NCBI GenBank assembly: GCA_963667725.2
Contig: CAXXHO010000003.1
Location: 1,408,001 to 1,472,000, forward strand
DNA from: Treponemataceae bacterium
GTDB taxonomy: Bacteria; Spirochaetota; Spirochaetia; Treponematales; Rectinemataceae
Direction: 5' to 3'
Length of the DNA stretch: 64,000 nt
The stretch's first letter is position 1, and each line of letters starts with the position of its first letter. This document shows positions 1-9,660 of this stretch, one piece after another. Both the position numbers and the translations under genes were made by a program. The notes beneath the pieces were generated by a model. That model made no database searches. It saw only the letters and a program-made list of their open reading frames with translations, and was not told the origin of the DNA.

Positions 1-166
1 CGGTATGGATTGAAGTCGTCTGGCGCTGGCTTTCCAGGTAGTTGAAGGTACGAGGATCGCTGGTGAAGACGTTGACGTAGTCCTTCGATTTTGGGGTAGC
101 GGCGCCCGCTGTGCCTGCGAAAAGCACAGCGAGGACGGCTACTGCTAATAAAGTTTTCTTCAGCAT
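1..166 (-). CDS. Oligopeptide ABC transporter substrate-binding protein (OppA/AliA-like), N-terminal part; runs off the window
   Basis: Manual translation from ATG 166: MLKKTLLAVAVLAVLFAGTAGAATPKSKDYVNVFTSDPRTFNYLES... It has a signal peptide and a 'SDP.TFNYL' motif typical of family 5 solute-binding proteins. GGAGG RBS at 172-176. Confidence 0.7.
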   Translation of the reverse strand, partial: MLKKTLLAVAVLAVLFAGTAGAATPKSKDYVNVFTSDPRTFNYLESQRQTTSIHT

Positions 167-377
167 TTCTGCCTCCCGATGATATCCACTTGCGTGGATT
201 TCGATTTTTTCGCCATCCATCACGTGCTTGATGGCGATGTATATCCTCATTCATTCTTATCACTTTATCTCCACAAGTCAACAGCTGATATGATGAAAGT
301 CCGCTCAAGGCAATGGCGACAAGGCTGTACCTTTTCGGAGTTTTGGATAATAGTAAGGTAGTTTCGTTTCAGGAAGA

Positions 378-920
378 ATGATGATGACGAGCAGACGACC
401 GACAGCGCAAGCCTCCGGCAAGAAGCCCCCCCTCCCGCTTTCCCTGATGCTTACGGCCTTCATATGCGCCGCGGGGATCGTTGTGGCCTGCCTTAAAAGA
501 AGCGCCAGTTTCAGCATCGCTTTCGGCGACACGCTGATGATAGGCGCCTTCGCGATGTTCGGCCTTTCCTGGGTCGGATACCTCAAAAAGGACGGCATCA
601 GGTTCATTCCGCCTCGGAAGTCTTCCGACGCGAGGCCTCCGGAATCATGGGCGGATCGCGTGCCTTCCTTGGGGGAAGCCCCCTCCCCGCCTCCTCCGAT
701 CCCCGGAGCTGATGGTCCGGACAGCGAGAATTATCAACGTCTCACCGAAGCGGAAAACCGGTTGAGGGAAAAAATATTGGGTCGAGGGGTTGAGGGGGAT
801 GAAAAAGCGACATCTTCCTCGAAAAACCAGGGGTTCGCGAAGAGCGGCGCCGCAGCAGGGCTCATGCTCATGATTCTCGCCCTTTGCTTCGAGTATCTCA
901 TTCCCCTTCTGCTGCATTAA
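378..920 (+). CDS. Hypothetical membrane protein
   Basis: 180-aa ORF with two N-terminal hydrophobic segments, a Pro-rich middle and one C-terminal hydrophobic segment. No recognisable motif. Confidence 0.55.
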   Translation: MMMTSRRPTAQASGKKPPLPLSLMLTAFICAAGIVVACLKRSASFSIAFGDTLMIGAFAMFGLSWVGYLKKDGIRFIPPRKSSDARPPESWADRVPSLGEAPSPPPPIPGADGPDSENYQRLTEAENRLREKILGRGVEGDEKATSSSKNQGFAKSGAAAGLMLMILALCFEYLIPLLLH

Positions 921-928
921 TGCCGGTT

Positions 929-1447
929 CTAGCCGTTCCTTCGCTTTTTGAGGGAATGCGCGAGATACAGGATGAAGGAAATCGGGTAGCCGCCCACGGC
1001 GAGAAGAATAGGCAGCTGCATGCTGAGATCGTAATCGTAGATAGGCCCCTTGAGGACAGTCCGCGGTCCCACCTTCAGCTGATATAGTATCATAATGGCC
1101 GAGAAGGCCAGCCCCAAGCCGATAGCCAGCCAGCCCAGCCCCTTCGCGGCGGTAAAAAAACCGGCGTTCTCCGTCGCCAGGGAAACGCCCAGGAGAAGCC
1201 CGCAGGCGAAGGCTACGGCTATGATGGCGGTATCGATGGCCAAGGCGCTGAGAATCAGGGCATGCATCGCATCGGCGTCCTTGGCCGGCGCCACGGATTG
1301 CTGTTCAGCCGTCCAGCGGCGAGCCGTGCGCCATGCCCGGTAGTGTTCCGATGTGTCGATCGTGGCGAAAACAGCGAAAAAGGCGCACGCGGAAGCCAGG
1401 ATGAGGAGAGCCTTGGCGCTGGTATGATACGACACTCGAGTCTTCAT
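929..1447 (-). CDS. Hypothetical membrane protein (about 4 TM)
   Basis: 172-aa ORF with four hydrophobic stretches and a basic C-terminus (KKRRNG). Confidence 0.6.
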   Translation of the reverse strand: MKTRVSYHTSAKALLILASACAFFAVFATIDTSEHYRAWRTARRWTAEQQSVAPAKDADAMHALILSALAIDTAIIAVAFACGLLLGVSLATENAGFFTAAKGLGWLAIGLGLAFSAIMILYQLKVGPRTVLKGPIYDYDLSMQLPILLAVGGYPISFILYLAHSLKKRRNG

Positions 1448-1529
1448 GCCTCAACTATACGACGAGCGGGGCCGCGACGCAACGATGCCGCGGCCCCGCT
1501 CCACTCTACGTCCAGATCGGACAGATGGT

Positions 1530-2981
1530 TCAGCGCACCTCGGCGATAGCCTCATCGAGCATCTGCTGGAGCATCGCCTGGGGCGGTTCCTTGATGTAGC
1601 CCATGGCCATCATGTCCTTGGTCAGATTCCTCGAGGCGGCGATGTCGGCCATAGCCTTGTCGTAGACTTCCTGCCATGTCGCCTGGACCCTGGCCACGCC
1701 CTCGGCGATGGCCTGCATGGCGACGTCTGCGGCTTCCACGGCGAAAACCTCGGTTTCGGACATGGTCGCGACGATGTTGTCGGGCGTGATGCCCCGCTTC
1801 TTGGCGAAGTCGGCGAGGGAGTGGGCGCAGCGTATTGCCATGCCGTCGGTGATCTTGCGGGCGCGCACGGCCAGGGCTCCTTTCAGAATGCCGGGGAAGC
1901 AGACGGAGTTGTTCACCTGGTTGGGGAAGTCACCGCGGCCGGTGGCCACGATGAAGGCGCCTTCTTCCTTGGCCGCGTAGGGCCAGATTTCAGGCACGGG
2001 GTTGGCGCAACAGAAGACGATGGACTTGGGCGCCATCGAGTGTACCCATTCGCGCTTGACGGTATCGGGGCCGGGGGTCGAGAGGGCGATGAGGACATCG
2101 GCGCCCTTGAGGGCTTCGGCTTCCGTGGCGACGCGCTTAGGGTTCGTGGCCTGGCAGAGCTCCCATTTCCTGTAGAGCCTCGGGTCGGCCTCGATGTCCT
2201 TGCGGTCAGCGTGGAGCGAACCTTTCGTGTCGAACATCACCATGTTCTCGCCCTTGCCGCCATCGGTCATGATGAGGCGGGCGATGGTCGTGTTGGAAGC
2301 GCCGGCACCCAGGAATACAATTTTGGCCTCTGAGAGCTTCTTGCCCGCGAGGGAGAGAGCGTTGAGAACGCCCGCCAGGGTGACAGAGGCTGTGCCCTGG
2401 GCATCGTCATGCCATACGGGGATGTCGCAGGATTCGCGCAGCTCGTCCAGGACCTTGTAGCAGTTGGGCTGGCTGATGTCTTCGAGATTGACCGCTCCCA
2501 CCGAGGGCTGGAGCATCTTCACGAACTCGATGATCTTGTCGGGGTCGTGCTTGCCGTCCTTGCCCCGCGAATCGACGCAGAGGGCGATGCAGTCGACGCC
2601 GCCCAGGTATTTCATGAGGAAGGCTTTTCCTTCCATGACACCCAAGCCTCCAGGGGGCGTGCAGTCGCCGTCGCCCAGGACGCGGGTGGAATCGGATACT
2701 ACGGCGACGAGGTTACCCCTGTTGGAAAGGGCGAAGGATTCGTCGTTGTTGTCGCGAATCGTCGTGGAAACCTTGGAAACGCCGGGGGTATACCATACAT
2801 TGAACCAGTTAAAACCATAGACGCCGGCCTTGGGCACGGTCTGCATTTTGCCGCCGTAGAACTTATGCGCCTGAATGGAAAGCTTCTTGAGAAAGAGGGT
2901 CTGGGCGCGGGCTTTCTGGTCTTGGGTGAAGTCTTCGGGGAAGGCTTGGGAAAGGTTGGAGAGACTCAATTCCAACTTCAT
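1530..2981 (-). CDS. NAD(P)-dependent malic enzyme
   Basis: Motifs YTPGV, VMEGKAFL, VNLEDI, WHDDAQGT, GAGAS, ANPVPEI and ATGRGDFPNQVNN. Confidence 0.93.
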   Translation of the reverse strand: MKLELSLSNLSQAFPEDFTQDQKARAQTLFLKKLSIQAHKFYGGKMQTVPKAGVYGFNWFNVWYTPGVSKVSTTIRDNNDESFALSNRGNLVAVVSDSTRVLGDGDCTPPGGLGVMEGKAFLMKYLGGVDCIALCVDSRGKDGKHDPDKIIEFVKMLQPSVGAVNLEDISQPNCYKVLDELRESCDIPVWHDDAQGTASVTLAGVLNALSLAGKKLSEAKIVFLGAGASNTTIARLIMTDGGKGENMVMFDTKGSLHADRKDIEADPRLYRKWELCQATNPKRVATEAEALKGADVLIALSTPGPDTVKREWVHSMAPKSIVFCCANPVPEIWPYAAKEEGAFIVATGRGDFPNQVNNSVCFPGILKGALAVRARKITDGMAIRCAHSLADFAKKRGITPDNIVATMSETEVFAVEAADVAMQAIAEGVARVQATWQEVYDKAMADIAASRNLTKDMMAMGYIKEPPQAMLQQMLDEAIAEVR

Positions 2982-3119
2982 TAAGGTACCGTCCTTGTCA
3001 AATGGTTTGAGGAATGCGCGTAGCGCGCGAACGTTTTATAGTATCATAAGCCCACGCGCATCCACAAGGATTTATCGGGCTTCCTTAAGGGCAATTGGAT
3101 AATTTATTAACGCCTTGAA

Positions 3120-4106
3120 TCAGGAAATTCCCGTCAAAGCCTTTATGTACTGAAGGCGCATGTACTCATCGGGCTTGCCCGAATTATAGGCGGAAAGCTT
3201 GCCGCGCATGCTGTCCACCGAAGAGAACCCCTGGGCTTCGATAAGCGTCTTGAGGTCGTCGATGATCGTGCCTATCGCCTTCCAGCCGTCCTTGTAGATG
3301 GCTGAACATACCTGCGTTACGCTCGCGCCGGCGAGAATGAACTTAGCCGCGGTCTCGGCGTCGTGGATGCCTGTGGCGCCGGCCAGTTCGATGCCCGCGC
3401 GCTGAAAAAGGAGGGCGGTCCAGCGCAGGCTGTCGTGATATTCATCGGCGGTGCTCAAGGGCTGCGCGCGCACCAGTTTCATCCCCCCGATATCGATGTC
3501 GAACCTATAGAAACGGTTGAAGAGGACGAGGGCGTTGGCTCCTTCCTTCGAGATGTTGTTGGCGAGATGAGGAAGGCTGGAGTAGTGGGACCCGAGCTTC
3601 ACTTCGATGGGCAGCCTGGTGGAGAGTCTGGCTTCCTTGATCGTGGAAAGCACTCTGTTCTCGATATCTTTGGAGCTCAGCGCGGTGGAGTGCGGCATAT
3701 AGGCGATATTCAGCTCGAGGACATCGGCGCCGGCTTCCTCGATCCGCTTGGTGAAGGAAGCCCAGGTTCCCGTGCCGACGCAGTTAATGCTGGCGAATAT
3801 TGGCGTATTCCCGGCCCTAGTCTTCGATTCCTTGATGAGGTTGAGGTAAGCTTCCGTGCCTTCTTCCCAGGCTGTGCGGCTTATGAAGGCTTCAGCCTCA
3901 GGATACGCGTCGAGGTCGATGCCGATTTCCTCGGCGCCCAGCTCGGCCAGAATCTGTTCCTCGAAAAGGGATTTGAGTACGACGGCGCCGGCTCCGGCCT
4001 GTACGGCTTTTTCAACACCTTCCGGTGTTCCCGTCAGGCCCGACGCGGCTACTATAATGGGATTGGCGAGTTTCAGTCCCATGAAATTAGTGGTCAAGTC
4101 GATCAT
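3120..4106 (-). CDS. Dihydroorotate dehydrogenase-like flavoprotein (DHOD_like)
   Basis: MIDLTTNFMGLKLANPIIVAAS, GAVVLKSLFEEQI, LVLFNRFY, GATGIHD. Start placed at ATG 4106 behind AGGAG. The catalytic-loop Cys is absent (ELNIAY instead of ELNxSCPN). Confidence 0.85.
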   Translation of the reverse strand: MIDLTTNFMGLKLANPIIVAASGLTGTPEGVEKAVQAGAGAVVLKSLFEEQILAELGAEEIGIDLDAYPEAEAFISRTAWEEGTEAYLNLIKESKTRAGNTPIFASINCVGTGTWASFTKRIEEAGADVLELNIAYMPHSTALSSKDIENRVLSTIKEARLSTRLPIEVKLGSHYSSLPHLANNISKEGANALVLFNRFYRFDIDIGGMKLVRAQPLSTADEYHDSLRWTALLFQRAGIELAGATGIHDAETAAKFILAGASVTQVCSAIYKDGWKAIGTIIDDLKTLIEAQGFSSVDSMRGKLSAYNSGKPDEYMRLQYIKALTGIS

Positions 4107-4178
4107 ATACTCTCCTTGCGTGGTTGTATCAATTTCTATTATAGCGGTTTTTCCGCCTTTCGTGGAGCGCAAAGCGGA

Positions 4179-4213
4179 TAAAAACAGGGGCGCGGCGATT
4201 TTCGCCGCGCCCC
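4179..4213 (-). terminator. Intrinsic terminator of the Ugp-like operon
   Basis: Perfect GC stem GGGGCGCGGCGA/TCGCCGCGCCCC followed on the minus strand by TGTTTTT. Confidence 0.7.
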
Positions 4214-4248
4214 ACCCTGCCCCGCAAAGAGGCTATGGAAAGTTCCCT

Positions 4249-5223
4249 CTATTTCAGGAAATCGCTCAACCTGTCGAACTGCGTCAGCGCGGTCCAGTTT
4301 CCGGCATCGTCTCCCGACAGCTTCACGCAGCCGTCGATGGCGGACGCGTAGGTCAGGGCGCCCACCTTCCTGTAGTTTTTATAAACCTGAAGGCTCGCGA
4401 AACTGTCGTGCATCATGACGGCGAATTTAGGAGCCACCGTCTTGATGAAGGATTTCGAGGAAGAGGTATCGCTGCCATGGTGGCCGACCTTTATCACATC
4501 GGCCCGCAGTTCGGCGCCGAATTTCTCGATGAGATCCAATTCGCGCGGCGTGTAGACGTCGCCCATGAAAAGCATGGTCGATTTGCCGAAGAAAAATTTC
4601 ATGACGAGGGATTTGTTGTTTATGAACTGCGTTCCGTTCGCGGGATAGCCGTCATAATATTTTATATCCGGTTCGGGATTATAGACCTTAACGTTGACGG
4701 ATTCGCCTATGGTGAACTCAGAGCCTTCCTCGAGATAGATGATTTTAATCCCGCGCGAGGCGGCCTTACTCATCAAGCCCCTGTAGATGCTGCTGTCTGA
4801 ATACACGACTTTGCTCATATAGAGCCTGTCCACGGGATACGTGGCAAGTATTTTCGCCAAGCCGCCAATATGATCGATGTGCGGATGACTCGCCACGACA
4901 GCGTCAATTTTCACGACGCCCATGGCTTCGAGGGCGGCTTCCACCTGCGGCGCGCAGTCGGGCGATCCGGCGTCGATGAGTACGACCTTGCCGTCGGGTG
5001 TCGTCACGATGCTGCTGTCTCCCGATTTTTCGTCGGTTTTAGCATCCTCAGGCAGATGTAGCTTCAGAAAGCGTACGACGAGTTTCCCCGCGTCGTCCGT
5101 CCTGTCGAATATCTGAGTATAGCGGTCCGTCCTCGGGGCTTCACCCGCCTGTTCCTGCGCGAAGGCGCCGCAGCCGGCGAAGATGAAACCGAAGGCGAAG
5201 ACGAAAGCCAGGAATTTTCTCAT
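4249..5223 (-). CDS. Exported ComEC/Rec2-type metallo-beta-lactamase-fold hydrolase
   Basis: Signal peptide; GDSS, LIDAG, SHPHIDHIGG (HxHxDH), MGD and VGHHGS motifs. Confidence 0.85.
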   Translation of the reverse strand: MRKFLAFVFAFGFIFAGCGAFAQEQAGEAPRTDRYTQIFDRTDDAGKLVVRFLKLHLPEDAKTDEKSGDSSIVTTPDGKVVLIDAGSPDCAPQVEAALEAMGVVKIDAVVASHPHIDHIGGLAKILATYPVDRLYMSKVVYSDSSIYRGLMSKAASRGIKIIYLEEGSEFTIGESVNVKVYNPEPDIKYYDGYPANGTQFINNKSLVMKFFFGKSTMLFMGDVYTPRELDLIEKFGAELRADVIKVGHHGSDTSSSKSFIKTVAPKFAVMMHDSFASLQVYKNYRKVGALTYASAIDGCVKLSGDDAGNWTALTQFDRLSDFLK

Positions 5224-6089
5224 TTGGAGGCCGCCTTGGAGAATCCGCTGAGAATGTATTTTTGCAGGATGACGAAAAGGATTATGATGGGCACGATGGC
5301 CATGACGGCTCCGGCCATGATCTGGTTCTGGTTCATGGTCTCAAGCCCAGCGTAGGAACGCTTGAGCTCGTAGACGCCCTGGGCTATCGTCCTTCGCAGC
5401 GGCGTCGTCGTCACCATCTTGGGCCAGAAATAGGCGTTCCAGCTATCGATGAAGGTGATGATGCCCACCGTCATGATCGTCGGTTTGCACATGGGTACCA
5501 GAATCTGGAAGATGATGCCCGTCCTGCCCAGCCCCTCGAGCCTCGCCGCTTCCATGAAGCTGTCGTCCACAGCCTTGAAGGTCTGCCGCAGCATGAAAAT
5601 CATGTATGCCGAGACGGCGTTGGGGATTATCAGGCCGGCGAAGGTGTTTATCCATTTAAACTTGGCCACCATGACATAGATCGGCACGAAGGTTACCTGG
5701 ATCGGTATCATGAGAGCGCCAAGCACGACGATAAAAAGGAAATCTCTTCCGGGGAAATGACCTTTCGCGAAGCCGTATGCGGCGAATGCTCCTATCGAAA
5801 GCTGGAGGATCATGATGCCCACGGTCATGACGATTGTGTTGAAGAAATACTTGCCGAAGGGCGCCATCTTAAGGGCGTCGGCATAGTTGTGCCAGTGGAA
5901 TTCCGCCGGCCAGAGCGAGGGTACCGGCCTCAGCATCTCCTCGCTGCTTTTAAGCGAGGAGATGATCATCCAGTAGATGGGGAAGATGATAACGATCGTG
6001 ACGGCGATGGCAAGGATATACTGGAGCGCCGTCCAGACCGTTTTCATATGAAGCGCTTTATTGTTGGTCAGCGATGTGGTGTTTGACAT
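5220..6089 (-). CDS. Carbohydrate ABC transporter permease (UgpE-like)
   Basis: EAA loop (EAARLEG), multiple TM segments, FPGRD motif. Confidence 0.9.
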   Translation of the reverse strand: MSNTTSLTNNKALHMKTVWTALQYILAIAVTIVIIFPIYWMIISSLKSSEEMLRPVPSLWPAEFHWHNYADALKMAPFGKYFFNTIVMTVGIMILQLSIGAFAAYGFAKGHFPGRDFLFIVVLGALMIPIQVTFVPIYVMVAKFKWINTFAGLIIPNAVSAYMIFMLRQTFKAVDDSFMEAARLEGLGRTGIIFQILVPMCKPTIMTVGIITFIDSWNAYFWPKMVTTTPLRRTIAQGVYELKRSYAGLETMNQNQIMAGAVMAIVPIIILFVILQKYILSGFSKAASK

Positions 6090-6104
6090 TGTTGCGCTCC
6101 TTCC

Positions 6105-7040
6105 TCACGACTCATAGTGGACATTCTTGTCCGAAATCTTCATGGTCGCCATCGTGAAGGCGAGCAGGATGACGAAGAAAACGCAGGCGACGACGGCCGC
6201 GCGGTCCACCCTGAATTCGACGAAGGCCAGCTCGTAAATCCAGTACACCATCACGTTCGTGCTTTCATAAGGGCCGCCGCTCGTCATGACGTCGATGGAC
6301 TGGAATACTTTCATCGAAGCGATGAAGGTGGTGACGAAGAGGAAAAGCGTCGTCGGCGAGAGCAGGGGGAGTGTTATGTACCTGAAGCGCTGGAAGCCAT
6401 TGGCTCCATCGAGCTTGGCCGCTTCGTAATATTCGGGTGAAATCCCCTTCATCGCCGAGAGATAGATCATCATGCCATAGCCCACGACTCTCCATCCCGT
6501 GAGAATGAGGACCGAAGCCAAGGCTGTCTTTTCGGAATTGAGCCAGGCGACGTTTGCCAGACCGAAAAGATTGAGGATGTAGTTCAGGATGCCGTACTGA
6601 TCGCTCAGTATCCACATGAAGACGATGGCCGATGTGGAAACGCCGATGTATTTGGGCATGAAGACGATGGAACGCATCGCGGAAAAAGGCTTGCTTTCCC
6701 TGTTAAACAGCGCCGCGAGCAGGATGCCGCCCAGCAGCGTGATGGCGATTTCCCAGAATGTGTAGGTGAAGGTAATCCTTAAGGAGGAGAGCCATGTGTC
6801 CAAACCTGAACCGGCAAAGAGCCACTTATAATTCTTGAGCCCGACGTATTTATAGTTGTCTTTGATCAGGTTCCAGTTGGTGAAGCCGATCCGGAAGAGT
6901 TCGACAATGGGGTAGTAGACGAAAGCGGCAAAAAACCCCAACGCCGGAAGAACGCAGAGAAAATCGTTCGTTTTCTCCCTTCTTCTATAATTCGGCGCTC
7001 GCGTCCGCGCCCCGGGTACTCTTGTCGCCTGTTTCGCCAT
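6105..7040 (-). CDS. Carbohydrate ABC transporter permease (UgpA-like)
   Basis: EAAKLDGANGFQRFRYITLPLLSPTT motif. Start is ATG 7040 or GTG 7049. Confidence 0.9.
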   Translation of the reverse strand: MAKQATRVPGARTRAPNYRRREKTNDFLCVLPALGFFAAFVYYPIVELFRIGFTNWNLIKDNYKYVGLKNYKWLFAGSGLDTWLSSLRITFTYTFWEIAITLLGGILLAALFNRESKPFSAMRSIVFMPKYIGVSTSAIVFMWILSDQYGILNYILNLFGLANVAWLNSEKTALASVLILTGWRVVGYGMMIYLSAMKGISPEYYEAAKLDGANGFQRFRYITLPLLSPTTLFLFVTTFIASMKVFQSIDVMTSGGPYESTNVMVYWIYELAFVEFRVDRAAVVACVFFVILLAFTMATMKISDKNVHYES

Positions 7041-7174
7041 TTCTTTCACTCCCCCGCTTAAAATGCGGCCGACAGGCTCAAGGAAGCCTATCGGTCATTC
7101 TGAGTATCGCAACGGAACGGAGCCGTCTTGCCTTGCGCGCCGGCGGATCCGTTCTTTTCATGGCTGTGCCAGGA

Positions 7175-8455
7175 TCAGTCCTGCAGCGCCTCGTCGATGA
7201 GCTTGGCGGCCTTCTGCATGGAAGCGGCCACGTCTCCGCCTTCGATTATAACTTTCGCCATCTCCTGCATCCAGACCTTGGAGAGAGCCGAGTAGGCCGG
7301 GTGCTGGATTCGGGGATTGATATGGTCGAGGTTGTCGAACACTGCCTTGAAAGCTGGCTTCTCGACGAGGAAGGCTTTGCCTTCGGCCGTCTGCGTCACC
7401 GAGTTTCGGGTGGGCATGTAGCCGGTTTTTTCGGCCCACAGCATGTTGACTTCCTTGCCGGTGAGGTAGGAAAGCAGCTTCCATCCGGCGTTCTTCACAT
7501 CCTGCTTGTTCTTGGAAGGAATGAGAAGCACGCATCCGCCGATCTCGGAATCGCGTGTCTGGTTTCCGGGAAGGTAGTGCATGCCGACCTTGAACTTGGT
7601 GTTGGTGACGTACATGTTGTAGAGCGAGGTTGTGTGGATGACGGAGAATGTTTTGCCGTCGATGAAGTTCTGGCGCATGATGCCCGAGGCATCTTTGCCG
7701 TAAGCCCAGTAGGCCTGTTTCGCGTCGCACCACTTCTTGAGCTGTTTCGCGATTTCGACGGCCTTGGCGCTGGCGAGATCGGTGGTTTCGTTGTCGTCGT
7801 TGACGATTTTAACGCCAGAGTTGAGATAGAAGGTCTCGAAATACCACTGGTCCCAGCCGGGGATCACCGTCGCGTAACGCTGGGTGACGCCGTTGGACAC
7901 CTTGGACGCTTTCTTCATGAACTCGTCCATGTCGGCCCAGGTTTCGGGAAGCTTGATCTTCTCGGCATCGGCCATGTCTTTATTGTAGAACAGGATCTGC
8001 GTAGAGATAAGGAAGGGAAGCGATACTTGCTTGCCCTTGAAGCTCGACGCCACGCGCAGGCCAGCGCCGAAGTCCTTGATGTCGAAGCCGGTGGCGGCGA
8101 TATAGGGGTCGAGGATTTCGCACATGCCCGAATCGCCGTACTGGGCGATGTAGGGAGTGTTCGCTACCGTGACGGCGGGAAGCGTCGTTCCGGCGGCCTG
8201 GGCGGCGATGAGCTTCTCGTTGAGGTCGGCGTAGCTGCCCTGATAGATCGCTTCGACATCGATCATGGGATTCTGTTTCTCGAAATCGGCGACGACTTTG
8301 TCGATAAGGGGCGCATACTGGGCTTCCATGGCATGCCACCACTGGATCTTGATGGGCGCCTTGACCGCGTATTTGTCGGCATCCGCCGCGCCCACGCTAA
8401 GGGTTGCCGCCACCATCATCGACAGGGCAATGATCGTAAAGAACGTTCTTTTCAT
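7175..8455 (-). CDS. ABC transporter substrate-binding protein (UgpB-like)
   Basis: Signal peptide; IQWWHAM, YQGSY, LFYNKD and TGYMP motifs of the UgpB subgroup of family 1 binding proteins. AGGAGG RBS. Confidence 0.9.
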   Translation of the reverse strand: MKRTFFTIIALSMMVAATLSVGAADADKYAVKAPIKIQWWHAMEAQYAPLIDKVVADFEKQNPMIDVEAIYQGSYADLNEKLIAAQAAGTTLPAVTVANTPYIAQYGDSGMCEILDPYIAATGFDIKDFGAGLRVASSFKGKQVSLPFLISTQILFYNKDMADAEKIKLPETWADMDEFMKKASKVSNGVTQRYATVIPGWDQWYFETFYLNSGVKIVNDDNETTDLASAKAVEIAKQLKKWCDAKQAYWAYGKDASGIMRQNFIDGKTFSVIHTTSLYNMYVTNTKFKVGMHYLPGNQTRDSEIGGCVLLIPSKNKQDVKNAGWKLLSYLTGKEVNMLWAEKTGYMPTRNSVTQTAEGKAFLVEKPAFKAVFDNLDHINPRIQHPAYSALSKVWMQEMAKVIIEGGDVAASMQKAAKLIDEALQD

Positions 8456-8535
8456 GGTCTCCTCCTTGGCTCGTTTCCGAGCTGATGAATATCGATTCCG
8501 CCGTATCGGATGTCCTTACGGCAAAGATCCCTTGA

Positions 8536-9363
8536 TCAAATCCCTCGGGATTTGGAAGCCTGTGGTCTGGAAGCCTGAGGGAAAAACGACTCCAGGAAGG
8601 CCTTCCCTTCCGCGAGCCTGCCCAAATCGGTGCCGATATTGTATTCGAGCACGAGATTCAGGTTCCTTCCGGTTTCAGAGGCGGCTGACAGTATTTTTTT
8701 CCAGTCGATTTTACCGTCGCCCAGAGGGGCATGCCTGTCCTTGATTCCGTCGTTGTCATGCAGATGCAGGGCGTAGAGCCTGGCCCCCAGTGAAGGAAGC
8801 AGGGTTTCAATGTTCCAGCCGTTGATGAAGGCATGGCCAATATCGACGAGGCAACCGATATCGTCGGGAAGGTCGTCGAAAAAATCGATGAACTGCCGCT
8901 CGGTGAAGAGAGAGGTCGCGTTCGATCCGACATTCTCCACGAGAAGGAGCCGGCCATAGGCCGCATTGAACTCATGAAGTGCCTGCAGGTAGCGTCGAAG
9001 GCGCAGCCGGGCGGCTTCCTTTGAGAAATGGAGATCAGAGCACCATCCCGTATGGAGCACGACATGGCTGGCCTCCACCATCGAAGCGAAGATGATGGTC
9101 TGGCGATAGGAATCCAGGACGGCCTCGCGCAGAAAGGAGTTTTCATTGGTCAGGTTGACGTCCCATACTGGAACATGGACTGAATAGCTTGCCTTCTTGG
9201 TCTTGAGCATGGAAGCGAATTCCTCCATGCGCAGGTGGAAATCATTCCATCCGGCACCATCGAGCATAAGCTCGATGTGCTCGGCGCCATTCTCCAAGAG
9301 CTTATCAACATTATCTTCAATGCTGCCGCCTATGAGGCAGAGCTCCGAATACGATATTTTCAT
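8536..9363 (-). CDS. Xylose-isomerase-like TIM-barrel protein (AP_endonuc_2 / sugar phosphate isomerase-epimerase family)
   Basis: SVHVP, VLHTG, LVEN, DIGHA, LHLHDNDG..DRHAPLGDG and VLE metal-binding motifs. Start is ATG 9363 or GTG 9372. Confidence 0.85.
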   Translation of the reverse strand: MKISYSELCLIGGSIEDNVDKLLENGAEHIELMLDGAGWNDFHLRMEEFASMLKTKKASYSVHVPVWDVNLTNENSFLREAVLDSYRQTIIFASMVEASHVVLHTGWCSDLHFSKEAARLRLRRYLQALHEFNAAYGRLLLVENVGSNATSLFTERQFIDFFDDLPDDIGCLVDIGHAFINGWNIETLLPSLGARLYALHLHDNDGIKDRHAPLGDGKIDWKKILSAASETGRNLNLVLEYNIGTDLGRLAEGKAFLESFFPQASRPQASKSRGI

Positions 9364-9372
9364 CAGCGGCAC

Positions 9373-9660
9373 TCCACTATTATCGTCATTGCCTGAGTTA
9401 ATCCAGACAATTTAAATCAACAAATATACAAAATTAAGTATTTAAATTACTAAATCTTTCAATATAAAATTTAACGCCTGATGATATACCCATAATACAA
9501 ATATTGTCAAATATCTTCGTGTTTTTTTGATTTTCAACATAATTTGATAATATTTTAATAATATTTTAATATTTTTTTAACAAATTAACGGATTTTACTT
9601 GCGCTATTCTAAAACCGCGTTTACGATATTTATTACGTTCAATCTATAAGCGGCAGGCAA
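9373..9660. promoter_or_regulatory. AT-rich divergent control region between the Ugp-like operon and the LacI/GDPD operon
   Basis: Strongly AT-rich 290-bp non-coding stretch between divergent genes in a GC-rich background. Individual operator sites were not resolved. Confidence 0.65.

Noticed and set aside
4249..5223. Interpretation as the competence protein ComEC
   Set aside because: It has only the MBL domain plus a signal peptide, lacks the multi-TM competence domain, and sits in a sugar-type ABC operon.
7112..7156. Stem-loop between the binding-protein and permease genes as an sRNA or REP element
   Set aside because: It appears single-copy in the window and lies at the usual position of an mRNA-stabilising or attenuating hairpin in ABC operons.
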